DNA of 64,000 nucleotides from Lingula anatina. Taxonomy: Eukaryota; Animalia; Brachiopoda. Positions 1 through 11,648 of the stretch are shown here, in pieces. The notes beneath the pieces were generated by a model, which ran no database searches, was not told where the DNA came from, and saw only the letters and a program-made list of their open reading frames with translations. The DNA lies in assembly GCA_051362555.1 (NCBI GenBank), contig CM120648.1, forward strand, positions 6,692,587-6,756,586. The letters are read 5' to 3'. The first letter of the stretch is position 1; each line of letters begins with the position of its first letter. The position numbers were made by a program, and so were the translations under genes.

Positions 1-1274
1 TATGATACATTTTAAACCTGTGAAAAAGGCACTTTCTGAGCACAGGGGTCGCCAACTAGTCTATTACAAAATTGTTGCCTGTTCTTAAATTTTGTAAAAA
101 GCTGTACTCACTAGTACTAGAGGACTACCCTCTGATATCAGGGCCCCACTAAAATACTATACTTTAGCAGTCTGGGATAAAGTGACTGCCCCACCCTCAC
201 CCGCTCCTTTGACAGTGGCTCAGTAGGTGAGGAAGGGGGGGGGGCGGTAATCGGGGGTTCTGTGAAATTACTCACATGTAACCACTTTGATGTAAATAAG
301 CCTATGTTTCAGATGCTTATTTTGACTTGCAAAACGTTACATAGACAGGGATATGCGCTGTTAAGCACCAGCTCACACTTAGCTTAGATTCAGTTCTCGT
401 TCAACAAAAAAAAAAAAAAAAAAAGGCCAACATGGGAACAGCTTAAAGACAGAGGAATCCTTGGGCTGAATGATCAAAAAGGCACACAGTTGTCAGTTGA
501 TTTTTTATTTTATTTCAGTCTCAGACTGATCATTTGATCTTTATTAAACTATTTAAGGCACCATTTGTCTACAGAATATGGCAATTTAACTATCAATAAT
601 AATTATAAAAATTAAAAAAAAAAACACAAATAAAGAATGATAAATATTTAAAACATGACACATGTTTTGTAAGATCTTTCAGACTTAACACGAACATTCT
701 TGAAATAATTAACCTGTGGCACTGTGTATGTAAAATGCTTGCATATCATTCAATCACAAGTTACACTTATAAAATGACAAGACCACTTTCTCTAAATTAC
801 AGTACCTGTAGTCCATTGCTAATTCTCAGAATAAATCACACGATGAAAGAGTCTTAGATATTAAGGAAAATGGCACATAAATACTAGTAATCAAGTACTT
901 TTTATCTATCAATTGACAATTCATTTTATTTTCTTAATTTCTTTTCTTCTAAACCCTCATCTTTATCTATTTTTTTTCAGGGGCAGGTCCAGAGATATTT
1001 TGAGAGATATATATTGACAGTCTTTTCAAATTATCTTTGTTGATCCATCCTCTGCTTTTGACCCTCTTTTGACAGAAAAAAAATTACATGCCAAACCATG
1101 TAAACTTTAAATAATTCTGACTGTCTTCTGGAAGACCCAGAAAATGGCCTCCGTCTGCCCCTTTATTTCTACTTCAAAAACTTAAATATGTTTCACAACC
1201 CAGCCTTTTCTTTTTAATAAACACCATTTAAAATGGAAAGAAAAAAAATTAAAACAAAATGTCCATAAAGTAAA

Positions 1275-3710
1275 TTACTTTTTACTCTTGGGCCCTTTCT
1301 TTTCATCTTTTTCCTTGATATAACCATGCTGTTGGAGGATAGTTCTGGCACAGTTGTTGATATGTTTGAACCTGTCAGGGCCCAGGTGAACACCACCATA
1401 CCACCTCGTGACAACAACCATAACATTTAACGCATTAATAATCTGCATGATATGCAGCATACGGGACCCCGCATGTGTTTCACCATCGTCCTTACAGTTC
1501 TGTGCAATCACATTATGTGGACCATCCTTGCGAATTCGATAGGCAAGAATGTTGTGTGTGGCACTGGCAATCTTTTTATTCTCCAGTAGTTTCTCCATTA
1601 CAAGCTGCACCTCTTCCTCGCTGTTCACGGCTGCCAGGTGGGCCTGGAATGTACTTTTACGGTCCTTCACAGGATCGCCATGGTGAATCACCGGACACTG
1701 AATTTTCTCCACAAGGTCTGGTTTGTGAAACGTCTGGGGCAAAACTTCAAGTGACTTCACCTCTTCTGAGAGGTCACTCAGGTCAAGGTCAGGCTCAGGG
1801 TGAAGGTCACCAGTAGCCTCATCACCCACATCTTGCATTTTCAGGTTCACATTCATTTCATCACTGCAGGCTTCAGCCTCACTAGAACTCAGCTCTGCAT
1901 CATCCTTTTTCTTGCTAAGGTAGTCCCTGATTTTCTCTACCCATAAATATACAATGCTCTCCCCTGCATTCTCAACATAAACTTCCTCAAGGGTGTTTTG
2001 TAATTCATATCTCTCCCCTCCTCGGAGCCATGGGGCATTGATTTCATATGTGGGTGGGGCTGAACCTGGATAGTCAGCAGGCAAAGTCACCTGGAGGGTA
2101 ATTTTCCACTTGGGCTCGTCTTTGCCATCTGTGATCTGAAGTAAAAAATATGGTTGCATACTATTAATAAGAAGTGTAACAGGTCTAATGTGGTACTATC
2201 TGAATTACTTTAATTATGCTTTATTTTAATTTCTCCATCCAACAAAGGTATTTATCTCGGATCATACATGTACATGGCACCCTGAGCTTCAGAGATAACT
2301 TGTCACTAACCTCTTCACTATAGCCTATCTTCATCGTGTCAAGTTACCTCTGACCACATTCGATAGCCTCCGTTGCCCGCCAATCAAATTTAAAGCCCGC
2401 ACTCAATGACTCATTGAACGATCTAGCCAATGAACGCGAACGAGTCAAAGTGCGCTTTGTTCAAATCCGGACCAATCAAAGATAAGGCTGAATATCAGGG
2501 ACTTGCCGTAACCTGTGGACAGCACACAAAATACATCATCCCTCAGTAGATAATGATGCAGGGCCTCAAACTGCTCTGGTTTCAATTCCGATATACTCAT
2601 ATTTTGCAAAGAATCAAGAGATAACTTAACACATTATTTTACGTAGTCACTCGTAGGAGACGCCATGTTTTCTTTGTGTTCGGTTATGCACTCGGAACTA
2701 CTCGGATGTCTCCGCACTCGACAATAACTTTGTTGTTAGTATGGAGCTTGCGGAATCAGCCGAGGATTGCCGATTGACGGTCAACCAATCAGCGTTTTCA
2801 CCAAACTTTGGTGAAAAATTTTGAAACATGGATTCGATTGGCTTATATAAACTAGGTCAAACTATTTTCGTCAGAGGTAACTTGACACGATGAAGATAGG
2901 CTATAGTGAAGAGGTTAGTGGCAAGTTATCTCTGAAGCTCAGGGTGGTACATGGTGACTGAAATGCGCAATACACTGCAATACAGCGCAACACAGCGCAA
3001 AACACTTGAAAACACAAGTCCAGTTGCAAGTAAAAACAGGAAAGGATAATCTCAAATAAAATATTGTGATATAAAACAAAATATAGTACATAGTAATTAA
3101 TATTGCTGATACAACTTGACAATTTTTTCATTGTTTGGTCAGCCGCCATGTTGGCGAGTAGCTCTTCTTGGCCAGTAATATATCCAAGAAGAGCCACTCG
3201 CCAACATGGCTGCCAACCGGACAATATAAAAGTCTTGCTGAACTGTTAAGTTATATCAACGATATTACTTACCTAGTAATAGGTTGTTTTTATATCACCC
3301 TACTTTGCTGGAAATGGTCATTTCTTTTGTGTAATCGAAACTGGATTTGATTTTTGAAGTGTATTGCACTGTGTTGTGCTGTATTGTGGTGTATTGCGCA
3401 ATTCAGTCATACCGCATGTACATGTGCATAGTACATATGATACAGTAGTACACGTAGCACATATTGAGAGTAAAGAGATTCAAAGAAAAGGCTCACAACC
3501 AATTTTGAGAGAGCGGGTGAAAAAAACTGCCTGGCACAAAAGTTTGTAAATCAAACCAAAAGTGCATAGTAGAACTGAGTGTAGAATTGGTGGACAAACC
3601 TCTATACAGTAATGTCTCTCAGCCTCATCTACAACTCGCCAGTCCTCCCCATAGATGGAGGACAGAGCCTCAATTTCGTCTGCCTGGCGGGATAAATTGT
3701 CGTCATCCAT
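1275..3710 (-). CDS. IMPACT: Protein IMPACT (RWD domain + UPF0029/ancient domain; GCN1-binding translational regulator), 2 coding exons: 3710-3600, 2135-1275 (~323 aa)
   Basis: Exon 1 MDDDNLSRQADEIEALSSIYG ends at GAG|gtttgt. Exon 2 starts after ttcag and contains LPADYPGSAPP (RWD), DRKSTFQAH, KIASATHNILAYRI, DDGETHAGSRML and VVTRWYGGVHLGPDRFKHI. The phase-0 join is in frame. Confidence 0.95.
2278..2946. mobile_element. Non-autonomous DNA transposon (MITE), hAT/P-like, in the IMPACT intron
   Basis: 77-bp terminal inverted repeats (2278-2354 and 2870-2946, one mismatch), CA...TG ends, and a perfect 8-bp target-site duplication GTACATGG (2270-2277, 2947-2954). Confidence 0.9.
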
Positions 3711-4004
3711 GGTTGCTGGCACTCATTTCAAGGTGCAGAATTGTCCGTTGTGACTGGGATCGATCTTAATTATTATTTGTTTTGAAATTTTGATTAAAAA
3801 AAGAGGGGTGTCGATCTGGTAAAACTTACATGCAGACATTTTCAGTCTCCAAACAGTGAAGAGTGATTTATCAAGGTCAAGGTTACCGGATGTGACGACA
3901 CGGGCATGGTTTAAAAAACTTATGGTTGCACAAACACATGATTGCGTTTAAGTTTTGTTAATTGTATTCTTGACACTGACTTTGCTACGGAGTAGAAGGA
4001 AATA
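3711..4004. promoter_or_regulatory. Putative bidirectional promoter shared by IMPACT and LSG1
   Basis: The divergent start codons are only ~294 bp apart; there is an ETS-like CCGGATGT near 3886-3893. Confidence 0.6.
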
Positions 4005-5255
4005 ATGGGGAAGAAAAACAAGGAGCCTTCCCTCGGAAGACATTTGATAAAAGAGAGATTTGGGAAACAGCGGAAGAAAGTTGGGACAGATTCATTCGTA
4101 AGTCGATTCCTCGTCTTGGCAAGTGCAATTTCAGTTGTTCATTTTAACTTGCCCGAATTCATATACCTGTATAGGGATTGTAACTTTGCCGGATGTGAAA
4201 ATGTTTCCTGATGTTCATACAGTCGACTTGACATTAAGTTCAAAGTAAAGGTAGTTAGGTGTGTGGGCACAAATTTCAATAGCAACTTACCAGTCCTTTG
4301 GACCTTTCCAAATTCCAAAATTTTGTAAACATTATGTAACGGTAACAGTTTCTTTTAACAGATCATGTTTAAAGTTGTGATGAGTTATGCTTTTTGAAAT
4401 ACAAAATAAAAATGGTCCATATGCTACATGCAAGTCTGTATTATAGTAAATATGAGCACAGCTATACACACTCAAGTGTTTTATTTATATTTATTTACTG
4501 TACATTGACATTTATCTGTCATTCAGTTACACACAAGTGAGCTTTCTGATGGTTTTGACTGGGGTCGTCTCAATCTACAGTCTGTGACAGAACAGAGCAA
4601 CTTGGATGAGTTCTTGGCTACGGCTGAACTTGCAGGAACTGAATTTACAGCAGGTATTATCTGTTTGATGAAGTCGTGACAGCAGTGAATGAATGAGAGA
4701 TGAAGATTTTAACTAACTTATTTACTAATGGAGAGCTCAAATTGTTTCATTGTAAAATCTACCACTTTAAGACATTACTTCCTTGCCCAAGACTGCCCCC
4801 AAAGAAAACATTTTTAGTCACAGGACTGAACAGTAAACTGCAAAATAAATAAATAGATAAATAAATAAATAAATAAATAAATAATAAAATAGAATAAAAA
4901 TTCAGAAAGTTTTACAGTAATTGTTAACTTTTCTAAATATATTATAACAGTATTATAAGTGCCAATTGTAAAGAATGTTTAACCAAAGAGCAATTTGATT
5001 TAATCACTCCATTTCTCTTCTTTCAGAGAAGTTAAATGTGAAGCTGATCACAGTTGACAGGAACTCTGGACTGCTGACCGAAGAGGAGCAAACTAAGGTC
5101 ACACAGGTGCAGGAGGAGAACAAACAGCTGCTGAGAATACCAAGGAGGTAGAATCTCTCTCCTTCCTCCTCTCTTTGTGTACACTTGTCTCCCTCTCCTG
5201 GCCTCCTCATCTCTCTCTCTCTCACTCTCTCTCACACACACAAAGAGATAGAGAG

Positions 5256-5296
<41 letters not shown>

Positions 5297-5305
5297 GCAA
5301 GTAAG

Positions 5306-5348
<43 letters not shown>

Positions 5349-8300
5349 CACAATGAATGTCATATCTACCTGTCCTCTCTCTTTCTCTCTCTCGCTCTCC
5401 CTCTAAATACATTTTATTTCAAACTTACGTCAACATCGTTTTATACTGTTGACAAGTTTCTCAGCATATTACATTCCCAGGCAACATGAGTTCACATATA
5501 CATACATACATACACCAGTAAGAAGCAAGCACCGTGATTATTCAGGTTCATCTGGAACTTCTAGTAACTCTTACCTATACAATTTATTAAAACCCTTGAC
5601 AGTGTTGTTTTATTACAGGCCGCAGTGGGATGAGACCACCACCAAGTCAGAGCTGGAGCAGGCTGAGAGGGAGTCATTCTTAGAGTGGAGGAAACACTTG
5701 GCCTTGTAAGTAGACTAAAGTAACTATACATATTATGTAGATTTCAGCAACTATAAGGAAGTGTATCAATATGTGAGAGAAATTTGTACAAGTATGCCAG
5801 TTGTAAAGCTTCCCAGTCCTTGCAGATTCTTTCTTCTACTGTGACTGGTCATTTTTCAACAAATTGGGAGTTTGAAAAGAAATGCTAGTATTATTTTCTG
5901 TAGACATAGTCAAAATACTCAGAATAGTGAATATACAGTATTACCAAAAATTTGAAATGATTATTCAGACTGAACATTACCACCTAGAAGTTGTGAAACT
6001 TTAAAACCCTGGCATGTTCAGTTTTTTATGTCAGCTCTATAGGACAAATGAGTTGGATGTTTTGTCTATGGTACAATGTAGCAATGATTTGGTAGTGCTG
6101 TGATATATCCTTTGATGCACTCGATTTAAATTAAGTCACATACAAAAACAATATTTTGGCCTATATTTGCCAATAACTTTTATTATTACAGACTGCAGGA
6201 GAAGGAACATATCTTAATGACACCTTTTGAGAAGAATTTGGACTTCTGGAGACAGCTTTGGAGAGTGATAGAAAGAAGGTTGGTACTGTAAACACACACA
6301 TAGCACACACACATATACAAAATAATAATTGAGGATTATTTTAAAAACTGTGATAATAGTCTGATATAAATCTCTAATATCCCCTTTTAACTGTTTGTCT
6401 CAGTTTCTTGAATATATACAATTTTCAGCAAGATAACTGATTCTCTGTATAATGCCTTTCCAGCGACATTTTGATCCAAATTGTGGATGCCAGGAACCCA
6501 CTGCTGTTCAGGTGTGTTGACCTGGAGAAATATGTGAAGGAGGTCAACACAGAGAAGGTCAACATGGTGCTGGTCAACAAGGCAGACTTTTTGACTGACA
6601 AACAGAGGTGAGGAGCCTTTACATTCATTTACATACAGTGGACCTTTTTTCACGCTATATTGACATGGGTTGCTATTGGTGAAAGTTTTCAGTATTATGT
6701 CCCTATTTCAGGATTTTCAGTCTTAATTTTGATAGTATTTTTAGTGTCACATTGGTTTAAATGAAAAGAGAATTTGTCAGCTGGGTTTTCAGGATTTTCA
6801 GTTTTTACAACTTTTCCCCAATTCTTTGTGACTTGATTTGAGTAATCTCTCATTATGCAACAGAAGATGGATCAATTTCGTGTTGAGTTATCAGGGCCAG
6901 GTGTTGTTTTCATCGAAATATATAAAACTTTGACAGGGAGGAGACAGTTTCTGAAATTATTTTTTATGCTTCAGAAAAGTGAAACTAACTTCTATTTTTC
7001 ATCAATTTGGTAAAAAAATGGGAAAAAGAAAAATACTGATGGTCATTTTCTTCACATAAACTGTAGGTATTTCTGATTAATAGGGGCAATATGATAATCA
7101 AGTTTTCTCTTGTTCTTTAGTTACTGGCTTTATGATTTCAGAGAGATGTGGTCAGAATATTTCAGCAGGGAAGGTGTCAGGGTGGCATTTTGGTCAGCAG
7201 TGGAAGAAATGAGGAGATTACAGGCAAGTCACGTAACTTAAAATATAAATAGGATGGGTGATTTGCTATAAATTTATAATGAAACAGAATTGAGACATTG
7301 TCATTTAGCAAGTGCCCCAATGCAAAGTTTCAAATGCTTTATAGACATCAACTCTTACTTGGTACTCCTTTTTAATATACAAAAGTAGACGACAGCTGTA
7401 CAGTTTAGCAAAGCGGAACTTCTGTATTTGAATTTTAGGAATTGGAAGAGAAATCTGATGAAAATGGTGACACTGCTTCTGATGGAGAAGGTGAAGAGGA
7501 AAGTGACAGTGATGAAAGTGAAACATCAGATCAAAATCCCGAGAGGAGAAGCTGTAGAGGTCAGCAGACGACATCTGGATCACAGATCAATTCTGCTGTA
7601 GAGGGGGGTGAACCCTATTGTTCAGGGACTGATGGGTCATTGAAAGGTGCAACTACAAATTTAAATCATGAACAGAAGGAAGTATGTAATTTAACAGATG
7701 ACATATCCAAAGCAGACTGTTCCACATCTGATGGTGCAATATTGTCAACTGATAATTGCAGTTGTGATACAGTGACAACAGAAAACAATGACAGCAGCAG
7801 TACAAAATGTGATGAAAACAGTGCGAGGGAAACCTGTGTCCACAACAGCAGCAAGTTGTTGAATGGAGAAGAATTATTGGAACTTTTTAAGACTGTTCAT
7901 GAAGGAAAGAAAGTGACTGAAGGGATTTTGACTGTTGGCTTGGTATGTATTTCCCTAGATATGTGTGTTGCTAGTGTCAACAACATGGTACAAGTTAATA
8001 TAATAGTAACCAGCATTTGTTTTTAGACCTAACAAGTTCTTTGGTTTGAGGCATTGTACTAAATGAATTGTCTTGAAAAAAAAAATGAAACTCATGTGAA
8101 ACGCACACAATGCTCATCAATGACAAATCAGCCTTGGAGTATTTCAGGAGTATTTGATGGAACAGCAATTTTTTTCCATAATCATTCCTTTCAGTACCTG
8201 GTTTTAGCAAAAGCTCATGTTTTTCCACTCTTTAACATTAAGATTCAGAAGGTAAAATATATTTTCATGTTTTATTTGTCAGATACTAATTTTGTGGTAG

Positions 8301-10935
8301 ATTTTTTTTCTCCCCAGGTTGGTTACCCTAACGTTGGCAAGAGTTCTACCATCAATGCTCTTCTCCACACCAAGAAAGTGTCCGTTTCTGAAACTCCGGG
8401 GAAAACAAAACATTTTCAGGTAAATAAAAGTATATCTGTAACTGTTAGTTAACACGTTTGGAAGCAAATAAATCATTTTGTGCATCAGGTCAAAAACAGC
8501 ATAGACCTGTATTTTATTAAAATTATATACCATTCTTTGAAGTACAATTAATTTCCTAATTATTGGATAAATGTTGAATTAATTTTGGTGATTTATAATA
8601 CAGTATGCTCTTTACAGGCTGTGTATGTACTAGTAGAGCCAAAATTGATAGTGTTTGACTTTGATGCTTTATATGAATAATGCTATTTATATTTTACAGT
8701 CCTTGTATGTGGAGCCAAGCCTCATGCTTTGTTACTGTAATATAAGTAATTTAATGGTTATTTATATTTTACAGACCCTGTATGTGGAGCCAAGTCTCAT
8801 GCTGTGTGACTGCCCAGGTCTCGTGATGCCCACCTTCGTGTCCACCAAAGCGGAGCTGATCCTCAGTGGAATTCTGCCAATTGACCAGATGAGAGACCAC
8901 GTGCCTCCCACTTCTTTGGTATCCTTGTCTTTAAGATAGTAAGGAAAAAATTGATGATCATCATCATCATGGTGGTTTTACCTGTGTTTTGAAAATTCAG
9001 AGAAGGGTTTTGACTTTGTCGGCATGCCCTCTGTTGGTTATATTTTGAAGGGAAGAAAAATTAAAACTTTGATAGTGCAACTTGCCAATGTTCATGTATA
9101 TGTGGCAGAAATAAGCAGCATGCATTGTCATGACCTGTTTTTTGTTTGAAATTAGAAGGTAACATTTAAGGCCTGATTGTATGTGCCAACAAATTCTGTT
9201 GTTGTAGTTTTGTCCTTTAACACTGTGCAGCTCTTACAGCAAATTCCTCGAAGGACCTTGGAAGCCATCTACGGGATTTTGATTCCAAGGCCTATGGAAG
9301 GAGAGGATGAAAACAGGCCTCCCAAAGCTGGAGAGTTCCTGAATAGTTATGGATGTAAGTTAATGCTTTTATTTGTAAACAAATCATGCAAGTTAATTTT
9401 TTCACTGGGTATTGTTTTTTCAAAAAAGAAAAAAGGGTTAATGAATTTTAAAAAGATAAAATAAATGGTTATTCAATAAATTTCCTGGACCTTAAATTTG
9501 AAACTTGAAACAGTGTAAGTGGGAGTAGTCAGGATTTTTTTTTACCTTTTTGCTTATAAATTTAAACTCTAGACTCACTCTCATTCACACAGTTAAATTT
9601 TCATAGGAAGTATGGATCTTGTAGTATCATTGGTATCAATTTATCTTATTTAAAAGATGGTCACTGTGTCAATCTGGAGATGGAAATGTCTTTATTAAAT
9701 AAATAAGGTGTCACATCAGTGGATTATTATTTTGATGGAGGTTATATTCTGTTGTAATATTTCAGACATGCGAGGTTTCATGACAGCAAGAGGTAACCCA
9801 GACTGCCCCAGATCATCAAGATATGTTCTGAAAGATTACGTCAATGTAAGTCTTGGGAAGAACAATTAGAAATGATAGGAGACATGAATACTCTAAGAAG
9901 ACAAGAATTCCATATCTTTGTATATATTCTGCTGAATGTGAAAAATATGTGCTAATAAACATGTAATAAAAAATTAAAGTGAATTATCAGAATTATTTAA
10001 TTCTCACCAACTTGATAATTACATGTACAAGAAAAAGAAATATAAATGGTCACACATAGTATGGTTTTAAAATAGTAAAGTAACAAATGTCTCATTAAAG
10101 GTTTTGGTTTTAAAGTGTTGGAAGAAATGAATAGGACCATTTAAGTAAGTGCAGTCTTTTAACTGTTTGTCATATATTGGAATTCTCCAGGGCAAATTAC
10201 TTTACTGCCACCCACCACCAGGTGTCAGTGCTAGTCAATATGAGCCCACCCCAACTCCAGCTGAAGAAAGGATGGTTAAATTACAGAAGAAAGAGGAAAA
10301 GAAGAGAGTTACAGAACATGACATGAATGATGTGGACAAGATGTTTTTCACCAAGGTGAGTGAATCCAAGGCATGTAAAAGACAACTAACTTCAACCAGA
10401 AATGGCTGTTGTCCCTGGATGAAAATGTATAAAGGTGCTTAAATATTGTTGAATTGAAAGTCCGTTCTTTAGCAATTGGGCCATTTGCTACTTAGAATAA
10501 TATAGGTTTTTTCTTATCTTCTCAAGTTTTAAAGCTATTTCTAGTACATTTATTATCAGAGTTTCGGAAACCAGTGGTAAAATATGACAGCCTTTAGTTT
10601 GTTGCGAGGGCCCCATAAAACGCCTTATTGCATCTTGTAAGTAAATATTGTCTCCCCACCCAACACAAACCTTATTGAAAGTAAGGACATATTTCTATTA
10701 GCTATGTTATGGGGGTAGTGGTGAAAATAAATCAATTTTAGACATTGAAATTAACCTTTGATATGTTCTGTTTCAGATGAGCCTTCAGGCCCATGCCAAG
10801 GGACACTCTTCTGATGGGTCTGCAAGTTCTCACAATAGCAAACAGTCCTTGGTAGAGAAACCATGGAAAAAACACAACAATAGGAAGAAGAAAGAGAAAC
10901 TGAGAAGAATATATGCCGATTTAGATAAACATTGA
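4005..10935 (+). CDS. LSG1: Large subunit GTPase 1 (circularly permuted GTPase, 60S maturation), 14 exons: 4005-4097, 4527-4653, 5027-5147, 5619-5705, 6192-6278, 6464-6607, 7142-7223 (or 7232), 7439-7942, 8318-8419, 8775-8918, 9231-9354, 9766-9845, 10191-10355, 10777-10935
   Basis: The spliced translation gives LQSVTEQSNLDEFLATAELAGTEF, LRIPRRPQW, TPFEKNLDFWRQLWRVIERSD, QIVDARNPLLF, NKAD (G4), VGYPNVGKSSTIN (G1), TPGKTKHFQT (G2), DCPGLV (G3), GILPIDQMRDH and C-terminal KPWKKHNNRKKKEKLRR. All junctions are phase-compatible. Confidence 0.95.
5209..5400. repeat. Compound (CT)n/(CA)n/(GA)n/(GT)n microsatellite in LSG1 intron 3
   Basis: Dinucleotide tracts seen directly; they generate the spurious ERERER/SLSLSL ORFs. 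Confidence 0.9.
8919..9230 (+). other. U12-type (minor spliceosome) GT-AG intron in LSG1
   Basis: 5' site GTATCCTT; branch-like TCCTTTAAC ~10 nt before the terminal CAG; no long polypyrimidine tract. Confidence 0.8.
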
Positions 10936-11648
10936 ATATTGAGACCAGAAAATTACAATACATATTAAAAAGGACAGAAATTTTGTACACCAGGAGGGGT
11001 GGACATTTGCAACATTATTAATAAAAAAAACTGGTTTGGACATAGCTGGTGCAGGAATAACAATGTAGTGAAAAAATGCCACTTTACTTCAAAAAATATA
11101 TTAGGAATTCCTTTGAACCCTTCTCATTTGTTATCATTATAATTTTTTATTTGGAATCATTCATCATATAAATTTTTAGACTCCCCCCCCCCCCCCCCAC
11201 CAGGCCATGCCAGATCTAATCGGCAGTAAAAACAAAATCTCAAACTTGAGATTTTTTTCTGCGAAATAAAACATTTGTTTTTAATTACCAATTCTGTTCT
11301 CTTTCTTGTAACATGGTTGTTCTTTTTTTTTTTCATGTTCATAAGAATAAATACAAGGCGACTTTATTTGGTCGTAATATTTTATTTGTTCACCTTTTAA
11401 CACAAGCCTATTTAGTAAGTAAGTCTAAAATGTCATTTTGTCACATTTTCAACGTTTCTTGTCAAAGATTTCTATGGCATTTAACTGGCTTGAAAAAAAT
11501 ACAGCAATATCTTACAAACGAACCCATGTAGACATACACCCAATAAAGGAATGCAAATTCAATCTCTCGATCTTTATTTTTGACAATATTAATTATATAT
11601 TCAATAGAAAAGTATAATAAATGTCATATTCATTAAGTTATCTTGTCT

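Noticed and set aside
7442-8026. 194-aa acidic ORF as a separate gene
   Set aside because: It is LSG1 exon 8 (acidic insertion ending ELLELFK...LTVGL before the G1 motif).
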